DNA of 62,816 nt, filler included. It is 5 parts of 5 records of this genome, joined end to end, with 100 filler letters (N's around TTAATTAATTAA, not from the genome) between each part and the next. Parts side by side here need not be neighbours in the genome. Positions count along the whole stretch, not along the records: positions 35,745 to 42,541 come from SRR31156797_14125; positions 42,642 to 53,179 come from SRR31156797_14126; 3 more parts are not named here. One strand, 5' to 3'. The notes beneath the pieces were generated by a model. The model saw nothing but the letters and a program-made list of their open reading frames with translations, was not told the origin of the DNA and did not search any database. Shown one piece after another: positions 38,801-48,998 of the stretch. The translations under genes were made by a program, and so were the position numbers. The first letter of the stretch is position 1; each line of letters begins with the position of its first letter.

Positions 38801-39027
38801 CCTTTAAGTGGAGTCGCTGTATAACTTTGATCTGCCGGTTTGAATTCCATAATCGATTTATCTTTATTTTCGATACCGAAACTCGCAATCCCCTGACCTC
38901 TGTTAACATAAAATACCCACATTGGAACTCCGTTTTTACCAGCTATTCCAGGTAAAAAACTTGAAAAACATTTCTGCCTGTCAAAATTCTCAATTGAAAA
39001 CTTTCCTTCTTTTAATGAAAAACTCAT
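35890..39027 (-). CDS. Large glycoside phosphorylase, GH161-like (probable beta-1,3-glucan phosphorylase)
   Basis: 1045 aa; SRKHGDLERDYN, GNGNFRDVLQNRR, GEGYWVDHW, KPGWNDALNGLPG, GWLENES, ARLSGSTAE; family assignment from recalled motifs. Confidence 0.75.
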   Translation of the reverse strand: MSFSLKEGKFSIENFDRQKCFSSFLPGIAGKNGVPMWVFYVNRGQGIASFGIENKDKSIMEFKPADQSYTATPLKGFRTFMKLNGEYYEAFSSLNNGEEITKDMIIDKNSLEIVEINNEKGIKTSVSYYTMPSEAFSALVRTVKVENIGDKDLKIEIADGLPEVLPSGISNTLFKEMGFTGRAWMQVFNTENNIPFFSVRTAVGDIEIVEEIKSGYFYFAASEGELLKTVYDKNILFGMNTCLQEAYNFKNNELKEVKEATQYTENILPSAFCLGEKTLKAGETFKINSMIGYSEEMEFINNKVEEIMTDEFIEAKRSEAAVVVEDITKDIYTKTSNDLFNMYSEQNYMDNVLRGGYPVVFKNKYGNVVYHIFSRKHGDLERDYNFFSLQANKYSQGNGNFRDVLQNRRNDVFFKPQVKDFNINMFMNFIQADGNNPLVVKGTTFKLLEDHAEVFKLIGPNAEKLEKYLSEEQFTPGEVLSFVENNKIELKVDENDFIQTLLYYSKQFEQGEFGEGYWVDHWTYLMDLVDSYVEIYPDEIDEMLFNKSDYRFFDSPAFVRPRKEKYTIHKDKVMQIGAVDESHAKEELLEKRGHNYLVDSEDEIYQTNLFAKLLLLATTKFSTLDPFGMGLEMEANKPGWNDALNGLPGMIGSGMSEAFELKRLVDFLRESLSEAATKEVKVFTEFAVLIKKVSEVLDTYADTNDQFAYWNQIADEKETYRAKVFMNIGGQEEVLDREFILATLDKFAAKLNEGIAKAKEYGKGIYPTYFTYKLTKYETKGEEIIPQEFELNILPYFLEGPTRAFKVIEKEERFKLYDFIKQSDIYDKKLKMYKTSESISDQPNDIGRLRAFTPGWLENESIFMHMEFKYLLELIKGGLADKFYEDIKTMMPPYMDYKRYGRSILENSSFIVSSANGNENLHGQGFSARLSGSTAEFLGMWKLIFAGKTLFTTENGELKFTFDPQIEGALFDEEGVVEYKLFSATKVKYINPSKKSTFGADAAKITKIAVVVEGQEETVNGNKLGAKYAEMLRNGEITKVTCYFE

Positions 39028-39188
39028 CTTTTTCTTCCCTCCAGATTCATTAAATAAAGCTTCGTTTTATTTTGCTTTATTTCTTCGCTATATATTTTAA
39101 ATTTTATTATCAAATCGCACACACGCTTTTTTATAAACACGTGTTCAATATTGATTTTACACCTTCTTGGCCATTTAGTCAACCCTTT

Positions 39189-40586
39189 TTAATCATTATT
39201 TTTTAGTCTAAATTCAACAGGGGTTATTTTCTCTAGTTTCTTGAATATTCTCGTGTAATGTTTAGAGTTTTTATACCCTACTTTTTCAGCTATTTCATAA
39301 ATTTTATAGTCTACTCTTCTCAAATATTTCTTTGATTCTTCAATTCTTACTTGATGAAGATAATCAGAGAAATTCATATACATATATTTTTTGAATAAAC
39401 TTGAAAAATATGAATAATTCAAAGATACATGATTTGAAACAACTGCCATATTAAGATCCTGATCATAATTTTTCGCAATATACTCTTTTGCTTTTTCTAT
39501 GTACATTACCTCTACAGTGTTGTTTTCTCTAAATTTTTTGGATAAAAGCATTAGACACACTTTTACTTCTTCGAGATACTCTTTTATGTTTTTAAATTCT
39601 AATTCATCGAATTTTTTATTAAATTGTTGATAGATATTTTTATCATAAAAAATATTACGAATTAAACTCTCATGAATCTCTTTGAATGAATTATAATTAT
39701 ATTTCTCGATTCTATCCTCTGAGAATAGTTCTTCAAACATCTCCCAAACCATTTCAAGTTTACCGATTTTTAGATGTTTATAGATATCAATTACTTTATC
39801 ATCATTTGTAGAAATATACTCTCTATCAAGTACATCACTTGGTATAATATGATTTTTACCTAATATTAATCTATATTTTTTTAGAGTTTCAACAGTTTCA
39901 AATGCTTCAAATATATCTGTTTCAAAGTTACTCTCAATTAATGCATCATAACCTGACAGACTAATTGAAGTTTCATTTGTTACAATAAAGTAACCGCTTT
40001 TTTCATCATTTTCGATATAACGAATATTTTCATTTTCAAATCCATCAGTATATTGACTTGCTGTATCACTTCTTACGAAATAACACTTGTATGAATCTGA
40101 CTTCATATTAAGACTTTCTAATAAATTATCAATATTTTTATAATTTTTGATTTCATTTCTTAACTCATATTTCAACTCTTTAAGTAATGTTTCTTCGTTT
40201 TTTTCTTGCTCTTCCTCAATAATATTTAATACTTCTTTGATATTTTCTACTAATTCATCTTTATCAACCGGTTTTAACAAATAATTTTTCACTCCAAATT
40301 TCATACACTGTCTCGCATATTCAAATTCATTAAATCCACTTAAAACAATAATTTCAGGTCTTACTTTTAGTTTTGATATTTCACTAATTAATTCTATACC
40401 ATTCATTTGTGGCATATTTATATCAGAAATTATCAAGTCATACTTATTTGAATTAATCATCTCAAGAGCTTCTTTTCCATTTTTTGCAAGCTCTGTTTCG
40501 ATATCTCCTTCAAACTCTTTTTTAATAATTACTGATATCCCCTGTCTAATAAATTTCTCATCATCAACTATTAAAACTTTTCTCAT
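39189..40586 (-). CDS. YesN-like response regulator (REC + AraC HTH)
   Basis: VLIVDDE, SDINMP; C-terminal YFSSLFKK and IAEKVGY..FKK. Confidence 0.93.
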   Translation of the reverse strand: MRKVLIVDDEKFIRQGISVIIKKEFEGDIETELAKNGKEALEMINSNKYDLIISDINMPQMNGIELISEISKLKVRPEIIVLSGFNEFEYARQCMKFGVKNYLLKPVDKDELVENIKEVLNIIEEEQEKNEETLLKELKYELRNEIKNYKNIDNLLESLNMKSDSYKCYFVRSDTASQYTDGFENENIRYIENDEKSGYFIVTNETSISLSGYDALIESNFETDIFEAFETVETLKKYRLILGKNHIIPSDVLDREYISTNDDKVIDIYKHLKIGKLEMVWEMFEELFSEDRIEKYNYNSFKEIHESLIRNIFYDKNIYQQFNKKFDELEFKNIKEYLEEVKVCLMLLSKKFRENNTVEVMYIEKAKEYIAKNYDQDLNMAVVSNHVSLNYSYFSSLFKKYMYMNFSDYLHQVRIEESKKYLRRVDYKIYEIAEKVGYKNSKHYTRIFKKLEKITPVEFRLKNND

Positions 40587-40591
40587 AATTA

Positions 40592-42235
40592 TCACTTCTC
40601 TTCAATTTTAACAATAATACGTGTAAATTTCCCCTCAATACTACTGACACTAATATCATTTTCCCCTTTAAAATGAAGCCTCAATCTTGCATCTAAATTT
40701 TCCATCCCAATTCCGCTTCCCTTTGTTTCGCTGAAATCCTCTGTTCCCATTCCGTTATCTAATATCTCAATAACTTTTAGCTTTGCATTATTCTTATCAC
40801 TATAAGCTCTTATCTGAATAAAGCCCGGTTCTTCTTTTGGAATTATTCCATGAAGTATAGAGTTCTCAACCATTGGCTGAATTAACATCTTAGGTATTTC
40901 TCTTTTTAATAACTCATCTTCAATATAATATCTAAAAGTAATTTCGTTCTCAATTCTAAAAGAAAATAGTTTAATATATCTCTCTAAATAATTCATTTCC
41001 TCTTCAAAAGTTACTACAGGATTTTTCCAATCCATTCCATATCTTAGGATTCTTCCCAGATTAGTAAGTGCATCTGATACTTCATAATCTTCATTGATAT
41101 AAGCAAGCATTTTGATACTTTCTATTGTGTTCTGCATAAAATGACTGTTTATCTGTGACTGTAATGCTTTGATCTGAAAATCTTTTGCTACTGTTTCTCT
41201 CTCTACATTTTCTTTAATCAATGATTTTATTCTTTTTGTCATTGAGTTCAGTTGTGTAGATAACATATAAAATTCATTTGTTTTATTCTGAGTAGGAATC
41301 TGAACATCTAAGTTACCCTCTTTGATCTCCTTAACGGCACCAACTATATATTCGAGCTGTTTAAATAATTTAATTGAAACAAAATATGAAATAAAATAAA
41401 TTGTTATAAGCGCAAATAATATAAGTGCAATTGCTATCAGAATAAAGGTGTATCTTTGGTTTATCAAACTTTGTTTGCTAACTATATTAAACAGATGAAC
41501 ATTGAGAGTTGGTGAATAACTATAGTACATAATTACATTTCCGTTATTAATAATTCCAAACTCTTTGTTATCTATTTTATTTTTATAATTTGATAATAAG
41601 TTACTCAGATTATAATCCGAAATATCACTGTTTATATTAAAATACTCGTGATTTTTATAAAAATAATAGTTTTCCTCTGATTTACCTATTATTGTTTCCA
41701 GATCAATCTTAACTTCCATATATACACTTCTGGGATAAAAATATATTTTTCTAAAATAGTATAAGTAATTTTTTCCATTTTCTTTTAAAAAAAGTGTTCT
41801 GTCTTTCAGGTTAAACCCTTCAGGTATTTCACTTGATATTAAAGGTCTCATCTCTAGTAAATTTTCATTATCAACATAAATCTTAAATTGTGTTACTTCT
41901 CGTAAAACTGACATCAATTTATGATAATTTACTAGATTTCTTCTCTGAAACTCTGTATACTCAATAGCTGTTTTTTCTTCATCAGAAGTTAAAAAAGTTA
42001 AAAATTCAAAATCTCCTCTTATTAAAAGTTTAATTTTTTCAACTTTTGAGAATGAACTGTTCAGTTCAGATATTAATTTCGTCAAAGTATAATAATTATC
42101 TTTTTCCAACTTCTCAACAACATTTTTTGTAGTTGTAGTAACTTGATATACTCCTATAAGTAGTGCAGGAATAAAAATAATACCTATAAATGCAAACGAT
42201 AATTTTTTAAATATCTCTCTTTTAATTTGTTTCAT
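40592..42235 (-). CDS. YesM-like sensor histidine kinase
   Basis: Two TMs, HAMP, LQSQINSHFMQNT, IQPMVENSILHG, DNGMG. Confidence 0.93.
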   Translation of the reverse strand: MKQIKREIFKKLSFAFIGIIFIPALLIGVYQVTTTTKNVVEKLEKDNYYTLTKLISELNSSFSKVEKIKLLIRGDFEFLTFLTSDEEKTAIEYTEFQRRNLVNYHKLMSVLREVTQFKIYVDNENLLEMRPLISSEIPEGFNLKDRTLFLKENGKNYLYYFRKIYFYPRSVYMEVKIDLETIIGKSEENYYFYKNHEYFNINSDISDYNLSNLLSNYKNKIDNKEFGIINNGNVIMYYSYSPTLNVHLFNIVSKQSLINQRYTFILIAIALILFALITIYFISYFVSIKLFKQLEYIVGAVKEIKEGNLDVQIPTQNKTNEFYMLSTQLNSMTKRIKSLIKENVERETVAKDFQIKALQSQINSHFMQNTIESIKMLAYINEDYEVSDALTNLGRILRYGMDWKNPVVTFEEEMNYLERYIKLFSFRIENEITFRYYIEDELLKREIPKMLIQPMVENSILHGIIPKEEPGFIQIRAYSDKNNAKLKVIEILDNGMGTEDFSETKGSGIGMENLDARLRLHFKGENDISVSSIEGKFTRIIVKIEEK

Positions 42236-42337
42236 GATTTTACCTCTTCTTTAATAATTTCTATAATTATACTCTATAAAGAGTAGTCGAGTCATTAATT
42301 GTTTAATATTTAAATAAATATAGAAATTATATTTGAC

Positions 42338-42366
42338 TATAGAGACGCATATGATGCGCCCCTATA
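42338..42366. repeat. Degenerate REP-like palindrome
   Basis: TATAGAGACGCAT-atg-ATGCGCCCCTATA. Confidence 0.45.
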
Positions 42367-42393
42367 ATCTATATTGTAAATGAGTGTTATGGA

Positions 42394-42540
42394 CTATAAA
42401 CCTAATTTAGTTTTATTCGCCTGCATTTTTGCTGTTCTGTATTCTTGTAATTCTGCGAATCCTAATTTTTCTCTATCTTCAACATAATCAGTCCAGATTT
42501 TTTCGAACTCTGCTTCTGATTCAGCTGTGATTAATCTAGA
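42394..42540 (-). CDS. Sugar ABC transporter substrate-binding protein, C-terminal fragment
   Basis: Manual translation SRLITAESEAEFEKIWTDYVEDREKLGFAELQEYRTAKMQANKTKLGL*; resembles LplA-type tails; context beside YesMN. Confidence 0.65.
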   Translation of the reverse strand, partial: SRLITAESEAEFEKIWTDYVEDREKLGFAELQEYRTAKMQANKTKLGL

Positions 42541-42541
42541 G

Positions 42542-42641
42542 NNNNNNNNNNNNNNNNNNNNNNNNNNNNNNNNNNNNNNNNNNNNTTAATTAATTAANNN
42601 NNNNNNNNNNNNNNNNNNNNNNNNNNNNNNNNNNNNNNNNN
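42542..42641. other. Artificial contig spacer
   Basis: 44 N + TTAATTAATTAA + 44 N. Confidence 0.99.
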
Positions 42642-42974
42642 GTCAACAATGCCATTCTCATTGTCCACCAGTCATTAAACAATGTCCGTTATAAAAACAT
42701 GCCAGGTACAGAGGCTATTTCAAATGCTGTCAGAACAAGAATACGACCCATATTCATGAGTGCCACCACCAGCGTACTCGCTATGTCGCCCCTGGTTATC
42801 TCCACCGGATCTGGAAGTGAATTATACCGGGGATTAGGATCAATTCTCCTGGGAGGATTAAGTATATCAACCATGTTCACCTTGTTTGTTATCCCTTCTC
42901 TGCTGACATTTTTTATTGTTTTTGAAAAGCCAAGAGCCCCAAAGGATTCGACAGCAGTAAAGGATGCCCTTTAA
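42642..42974 (+). CDS. RND efflux permease (AcrB family), C-terminal fragment
   Basis: VNNAILIV...RIRPIFMSATTSVLAMSPL..GSELYRGLG. Confidence 0.9.
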   Translation, partial: VNNAILIVHQSLNNVRYKNMPGTEAISNAVRTRIRPIFMSATTSVLAMSPLVISTGSGSELYRGLGSILLGGLSISTMFTLFVIPSLLTFFIVFEKPRAPKDSTAVKDAL

Positions 42975-43032
42975 TGCAACATATTCCGGCAAGTACCCAA
43001 CGCACCTCTTTTCTCTATGGAAATATTCTTAA

Positions 43033-44529
43033 ATGCCAACTTTACAAAAGTTTATAGCTCAAACAACCAGACTGCCGACTCCCCCTGCAATAGCACTCAA
43101 AATCCTGCAGGCGGTTCGTAACAATGACAAAAGTTTTGAGGAACTGGCCAATATCGTTATGGCCGATCCGGTACTCACGGCTCAGATCCTGAAGATTGCC
43201 AATTCCTCTATTTACAGTTTACCCAGGCAGGTCACCTCTCTGACCCAGGCAACGGGACTGCTAGGCACCCAGACTCTGAAAAACATCGCCCTCTCTTTTG
43301 TTATCGTCGATGGTTTCAAAGATATCCCTCAAGGAGGGTTTGACTTCGATTTTTTCTGGAAAAGGGCCATTTCGACAGCGGTTGCCGCTAAAATACTGGC
43401 AAAAGAGAAAAGCCTTGCCGACGAAGATCTATTTATCACCGCACTACTTCAGGATATAGGTGTATTAGTGTTTTTTCTGGCAGACCCTCCTGCATTCACG
43501 GAGATGCTTGACAAAAAACGCATCAGCGACAAGCCCATCTGCGAGGCGGAAAAAGATCAATTCGGGTTTGACCATACAGAGCTAGGATCGCATCTGCTGA
43601 AATCCTGGGACCTACCGGAAACAATTTACATTCCCATTCGCCATCACCATTCCAACGGCACCACAGTTAACGGAAACAACTCAACTCACCTCCTCAATAT
43701 TTCAGATAAGATTTCATCAATATACCATGGCACCCAAGCGAACAAAAAAGTCACTGAGGTCCACAAATTGCTGGAAAAACATTTTGGGATGGATCATGAA
43801 CAGGTAACTGAGGTAATCGACACGATTGGTGAAAAAGCGCGAGAGGTGATGGATCTTTTTGCAATTGACCCAGGAGAGATGAAGCCCTTTTCCCAGCTGA
43901 TGCAGGAAGCAAATGATGAATTGCGTCGCCTTAATTTTTCCTATGAGCAAGTTGTACTGGAACTCAAACAGGCAAAACAGAATGCAGAAAAACTGGCTTG
44001 CAATCTGAAAGAGGCCAATGATAACTTACGCAAACTCGCCTTTCGTGACGACCTGACCGGACTCTATAACCACAGGTATTTTCAGGAAATATTTGAAGCC
44101 GAAATTCACAGGGCAACCCGCTACAGCAATCCAGTTTCCCTGTTGCTGCTGGATATCGATTTTTTTAAGCAAGTCAATGACACCTACGGTCACCCTGCTG
44201 GAGACAATGTACTGCGTCAGGTTAGCCAGACAATGGGAAAACTTGTTCGCCACTGCGATATAGTGGCCAGGTATGGTGGAGAGGAATTTGCCATTGTACT
44301 TCCCGAGACGGGGAGAAGTGGTGCCAAGGTCCTTGCCCAGCGTATCCGCCGCGGCATAGAACAACAGCAGATATCGGTCAGCGACGAGGCAATCGGGGTG
44401 ACCGTCAGCGTAGGTGTAAGCAGCAGCGACATAGAGGGTGCTGAAAACACAAGAGCAGCACTCATTGAGCGGGCCGATAAAGCCTTATATGCCGCTAAAA
44501 GAAACGGAAGGAACAGAGTCGAAGTATAA
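43033..44529 (+). CDS. HDOD-domain diguanylate cyclase
   Basis: LPTPP..DPVLTAQILKIANS (HDOD); DDLTGLYN, RHCD, RYGGEEF. Confidence 0.93.
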   Translation: MPTLQKFIAQTTRLPTPPAIALKILQAVRNNDKSFEELANIVMADPVLTAQILKIANSSIYSLPRQVTSLTQATGLLGTQTLKNIALSFVIVDGFKDIPQGGFDFDFFWKRAISTAVAAKILAKEKSLADEDLFITALLQDIGVLVFFLADPPAFTEMLDKKRISDKPICEAEKDQFGFDHTELGSHLLKSWDLPETIYIPIRHHHSNGTTVNGNNSTHLLNISDKISSIYHGTQANKKVTEVHKLLEKHFGMDHEQVTEVIDTIGEKAREVMDLFAIDPGEMKPFSQLMQEANDELRRLNFSYEQVVLELKQAKQNAEKLACNLKEANDNLRKLAFRDDLTGLYNHRYFQEIFEAEIHRATRYSNPVSLLLLDIDFFKQVNDTYGHPAGDNVLRQVSQTMGKLVRHCDIVARYGGEEFAIVLPETGRSGAKVLAQRIRRGIEQQQISVSDEAIGVTVSVGVSSSDIEGAENTRAALIERADKALYAAKRNGRNRVEV

Positions 44530-44566
44530 GTCACCAGGCAAGCCCCGTCCCCTCCTGATAGTGCTC

Positions 44567-44732
44567 GTCAATAAAAAGGCCTTTTCACCCAACTTCGGCG
44601 TTGTGCCCATTTATTTTGCTCGGAGGTAAACGGAGACTCCCATATCAATTATATGCCTGTGGTAAAAAATACCGCACACCTCGTGCCTCTGCCGCTTACC
44701 TACAACTTAACCGAAAAGCCTCATTTATTGAC
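44567..44732. repeat. MITE-like intergenic element with imperfect terminal inverted repeats
   Basis: GTCAATAAAAAGGCCTTTTC ... GAAAAGCCTCATTTATTGAC. Confidence 0.55.
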
Positions 44733-44745
44733 AAACGCCAGTTGT

Positions 44746-47205
44746 TCACCGCCTTGGTTCGGCCAAAACCCGCTTGATTGTTAAGCCTATCTTTTCTACA
44801 GTGTAAGGTTTTTTCACGTACTGCCCAACCCCAAGCATCATGGCTGCTTTTACCCTGGCTGTTTCTGCATATCCGCTGGCAATAATCGTCTTTTGCCCTG
44901 GGTAGAGCTGCACAATCCGTTTGTAGGTCTCCAACCCATCCATATAGGGATCACTCAAAATCATATCCAGTACCACCAGGTCAACTCTCTGCTGCTGGAG
45001 ATAGGCCAACGCCTCTTCACCGCTGCTGACCGCATCGGCCTGATATCCCAGTTGGGTAAGAATCGCCACCGCCAGCTCACGCTGTTCTTTGACATCATCT
45101 ACCACCAGAAGTCTCTCCCCGTTACCGTAAAAATCATTTTGGCCTCGCAGCCGTACTTCTTTTGCAATATCTTCACGAGTAGCCCGAAAAAAGAGTTCAA
45201 AAGCAGTTCCCTTCCCTTCCTCACTGGTAACATTAACAAACCCATCATGATCCTGAATCGTTCCCCACACGACGGTGAGCCCGAGCCCGGTTCCACTTTT
45301 CCCTAACCTTTTTCTCGAAAAAAATGGCTCAAAAACATGCCCTATATCCTCCTGCGCGATCCTACTACCCTGGTCAACGACATTCAGTACCACATACTCG
45401 CCTTCTTCAATCTGTTGAAACCCATCAAGAAAGCTGTCAACATATCGATTTTCAGTGGTGATCAAGACATGCCCCCCATTGGGCTGAACCTCGATGGCAT
45501 TATTAACAAGATTGAGAATGGATTTTTCCAAATGCAACGGCGCACCCTTCATTTTCATCAACTCAGGTTCCAGATGCACATCTACCACCACTTCAGGATG
45601 CTGATCCAATTCCAACCGATACTCAGAGGAATCGAGATATTTTTCAATCAGGTTATTTAAATTAAGCACCATCCGCTGCTCAACTCCCCTTCTGGCAAGA
45701 GTGAGCAGATCTTCAACGACATTGGCTGCCTGCAGGCCCGACTCCTTTATTATGGCAATAAATTTGCTCTGCGGACTATTGGGAGGCAGGCTGTTGATAA
45801 TAAGATCAGGATAGCCGATCATTGACGAAAGAATATTATTAAGATCATGAGCAACCATACTTGCAAGAACGCCCAGAGCCTCCATCTTGCGGCTTTTCAA
45901 AAGCTGCTCCTGCACATTTTTCAATTCATCTGCAGCTTTTTCCCGCCTATCCACCATCCTGTTTGCAGCCTGAACAAGCCCCTGAAATTCCTTAAAATGA
46001 ATTTCCTTGGCCTTAATTTTCCTTACTTCCTCGACAGACTGCTCTAAAAAATCGGTAAACAGGATAATATTATTACCAATGCCCCGTGTCAGGTAACGGG
46101 CCAGTAAGATAACAGGCAGCATACTGAGGAGTAAAATAAGGAGAAAAACAACAGCATGATTTTGTATTTTCTCCACCAATACCCGGCGCTTCAAAGCAAG
46201 TGTTTCGTTAATCGCATCCACATACAGCCCGGACCCGACCATCCACTGCCAGCCATCCACGCCTCGCGAATACCCGACCTTTGGAGCGGGCAATCCGGTA
46301 CTCGGCCGGATAGTCCCCACATATTCGAGGAACCCACTTCCATCGTCGCGGGCGACACGGATAAATTCCTGCACCACCGCCGCTCCGTTGGAATCCATAA
46401 AGCTCCATCGGTTCTCACCTATAAGTTCAGTTTTATAGTGAGCCAGGGTAGTACCCTTATAATCGTAGATAAAAATGTATCCTTCCTCGCCATATCGGAC
46501 CTGGTTTATCCACGCCAGGGTTTTCTTCTGAATTGTGTCTGTAAATTCGTTGAGGTAGATACAGGTACCAACCATCCAACCAAACGGCTTGAAAGCTTTG
46601 ACAAAGCACATTTTCTCCCTCATTTCTGACGAATTTCCCGGTGCGTACCAATGCCAGTTAAAAAACCCCTCGCCCTTGGTTTTAGTCAACTCAACTGCCC
46701 GTTTAACAGTAAAGAGCCCCTTGCTGTCTTGTAAATTTACCATATTGGTCCTTTCCAACTCTGGTGAAAAGGGGAGCAGTACGTTATTACCGTCCAAATC
46801 ATAAATAAAGTAGTAGCCTGCTCCATTATTAAAACGAACTTTACGCAGCGCTTCAGCAATAAGCTGCTTGACCTCGTCCTCGCTTTTTATGTCTGCATAG
46901 GCTGTATAAAGCCCCTCGGCAACACTTATGGCCTCTTCTACCCTGGTACGCAAGGTGGCTTTCAACTCCCTTTCGGTATGCCTGCGCTGATAGTTGATAT
47001 AGTCAACGATCCTATCGACCTCCATGCGGGCAAAAGCCTTTTGCTCACTTATATAGGCCTCTTTCTGGGCTTTGGCCTCGGCATCAAACTTTATAAATTC
47101 ATCGGCAACCCAAAGCCCGCCGATGGAAAAATAAACAAGGAATATAATCAAGATTATACTGGCAGTTATGGTTCCCTGAAAACTCAAGCGTCGCAGCCAC
47201 TGCAT
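44746..47205 (-). CDS. Hybrid sensor kinase with tandem Cache domains and receiver
   Basis: Two GYYFIYD/GYIFIYD Cache repeats; VAHDLNNIL; GTGLGL; C-terminal LVVDD..LDMIL. Confidence 0.92.
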   Translation of the reverse strand: MQWLRRLSFQGTITASIILIIFLVYFSIGGLWVADEFIKFDAEAKAQKEAYISEQKAFARMEVDRIVDYINYQRRHTERELKATLRTRVEEAISVAEGLYTAYADIKSEDEVKQLIAEALRKVRFNNGAGYYFIYDLDGNNVLLPFSPELERTNMVNLQDSKGLFTVKRAVELTKTKGEGFFNWHWYAPGNSSEMREKMCFVKAFKPFGWMVGTCIYLNEFTDTIQKKTLAWINQVRYGEEGYIFIYDYKGTTLAHYKTELIGENRWSFMDSNGAAVVQEFIRVARDDGSGFLEYVGTIRPSTGLPAPKVGYSRGVDGWQWMVGSGLYVDAINETLALKRRVLVEKIQNHAVVFLLILLLSMLPVILLARYLTRGIGNNIILFTDFLEQSVEEVRKIKAKEIHFKEFQGLVQAANRMVDRREKAADELKNVQEQLLKSRKMEALGVLASMVAHDLNNILSSMIGYPDLIINSLPPNSPQSKFIAIIKESGLQAANVVEDLLTLARRGVEQRMVLNLNNLIEKYLDSSEYRLELDQHPEVVVDVHLEPELMKMKGAPLHLEKSILNLVNNAIEVQPNGGHVLITTENRYVDSFLDGFQQIEEGEYVVLNVVDQGSRIAQEDIGHVFEPFFSRKRLGKSGTGLGLTVVWGTIQDHDGFVNVTSEEGKGTAFELFFRATREDIAKEVRLRGQNDFYGNGERLLVVDDVKEQRELAVAILTQLGYQADAVSSGEEALAYLQQQRVDLVVLDMILSDPYMDGLETYKRIVQLYPGQKTIIASGYAETARVKAAMMLGVGQYVKKPYTVEKIGLTIKRVLAEPRR

Positions 47206-47517
47206 GGATATCCTCAGCTTTTTTTAATAAGGGCTTATGGTACAGATCATTTCTGACACACAAAAACGGTGCATGAGTGTGCAGCCGACCTGTGCATACT
47301 GGCATAAACAATCGATAAAAGGGAGCCATGCCATTTCCCCCCTTGACCGTCACACTATATGATAGGTATAAATTTATTGTCAACAAGCTAGTAGCCATGC
47401 CTTGCATACAGCGATCGTAGTTACAGAACTGCGCTCATACAGTTGCAGCTTAAACGTTTCGACAGTTTTGCAGCAATTAGTCTCAGACCACTAACTTCAC
47501 CCCTCAAGGAGACGTGC

Positions 47518-48942
47518 ATGTTTATCAACGGACAATGGATACAAACCGAGGCAACCTTTTCGGTTACCGATCCGGCGACAGGCGAAGAAATCGACCGTGT
47601 GCCCGATGGCGGGATCAAAGAAACCCGTTTGGCCATAGCAGCCGCTGAAAATGCGTATCCGTCGTGGTCAACAACGACCCCCTACGAACGATCAGCATAC
47701 CTGTACAGTGCTCACCAGCTAATGCTCCAAGAAAAACAAACGCTTGCCGAACTCATGACAAGGGAACAGGGGAAACCTGTCAAAGCAGCAGCTATAGAGG
47801 TGCAATATGGAGCGGATTTTCTCCTCTGGTTCGCAGAAGAAGCCAAACGGATCTACGGCGAGACCATCCCCTCATCGCGCAGCAATCAACGTTTTATGGT
47901 TCACCGGCAACCGGTCGGCATAGTCGGTGCCATCACACCCTGGAACTACCCGGTTTCCATGATTACCCGTAAAATTGCCCCAGCCCTTGCCGCAGGATGC
48001 ACAGTGGTACTCAAACCGGCAGAAGCAACACCGCTATGTGCCATCGCCTTGTTTAAGATTTTTGAAAAAGCAGGCATCCCCAAAGGGGTCATTAACCTGG
48101 TAACCGCTGCAGACCCGATCCCGGTGGGTCATGAGTTGTGCACTAACAAAGCCATACGCAAAATTACCTTTACCGGGTCAACCGGTGTCGGCAGGTTGCT
48201 TGCCACCGAGGCGGCACCTCAGCTCAAACGTGTTTCCATGGAACTGGGCGGACATGCACCTTTCATTGTTTTTGAGGATGCCGACCCTGTTCACGCTGCC
48301 AAAGGTGCCGCCCTGGTCAAGTTTCTTAATACCGGTCAAGCCTGTATTTGCCCTAACCGCATTTTTGTTCACCGGCGTATCCTTGCTCCCTTTTTAGATA
48401 CCTTGAGTAAACGTATTGCAGCAATGAAAGCAGGAAACGGCGAGAAACAAGGTGTGACCATTGGTCCATTGGTCAACCAGGCAGCGCTGGACAAAGTGAT
48501 TAACCAGGTAGACGACGCACAAGAAAAGGGTGCTAAACTCCTTGCCGGAGGCACCAGGGTGATGGAAAGAGGACTAGAGACTGGCTTTTTCTATGCCCCA
48601 ACCCTGCTCAGTGAGGTAACGCCGGAGATGCTTATTTACCATGAAGAGACCTTTGGCCCAGTAGCGGCGGTGATACCTTTTGACGACAATGACAACATTA
48701 TCGACATGGCTAACGATACTGAGTACGGGTTGGCTGCCTATATCTATACCAATGATATTAACCGGGCAATGCGTACCTTTGAACAACTCAAGTTCGGCAT
48801 GGTTGGCATTAATGATATAAATCCAACCAGTGCAGCAGCACCCTTTGGCGGTATCAAACAGAGTGGGCTGGGGAGGGAAGGTGCCAGGGCAGGACTTGAA
48901 GAATACCTTGACACAAAACTTGCGGGGATAGTGCTCTCCTGA
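47518..48942 (+). CDS. gabD: NAD(P)-dependent succinate-semialdehyde dehydrogenase
   Basis: EEAKRIYG, ITPWNYP, FTGST, MELGGHAP, GQACICPNR, EETFGP, FGGIKQSGLGREG; AGGAG RBS before ATG 47518. Confidence 0.85.
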   Translation: MFINGQWIQTEATFSVTDPATGEEIDRVPDGGIKETRLAIAAAENAYPSWSTTTPYERSAYLYSAHQLMLQEKQTLAELMTREQGKPVKAAAIEVQYGADFLLWFAEEAKRIYGETIPSSRSNQRFMVHRQPVGIVGAITPWNYPVSMITRKIAPALAAGCTVVLKPAEATPLCAIALFKIFEKAGIPKGVINLVTAADPIPVGHELCTNKAIRKITFTGSTGVGRLLATEAAPQLKRVSMELGGHAPFIVFEDADPVHAAKGAALVKFLNTGQACICPNRIFVHRRILAPFLDTLSKRIAAMKAGNGEKQGVTIGPLVNQAALDKVINQVDDAQEKGAKLLAGGTRVMERGLETGFFYAPTLLSEVTPEMLIYHEETFGPVAAVIPFDDNDNIIDMANDTEYGLAAYIYTNDINRAMRTFEQLKFGMVGINDINPTSAAAPFGGIKQSGLGREGARAGLEEYLDTKLAGIVLS

Positions 48943-48998
48943 ACAGCCACCTCAAAAACGGTGTATATTCAATCGAAGTGTGTTTGGGTGGAGGGCGA

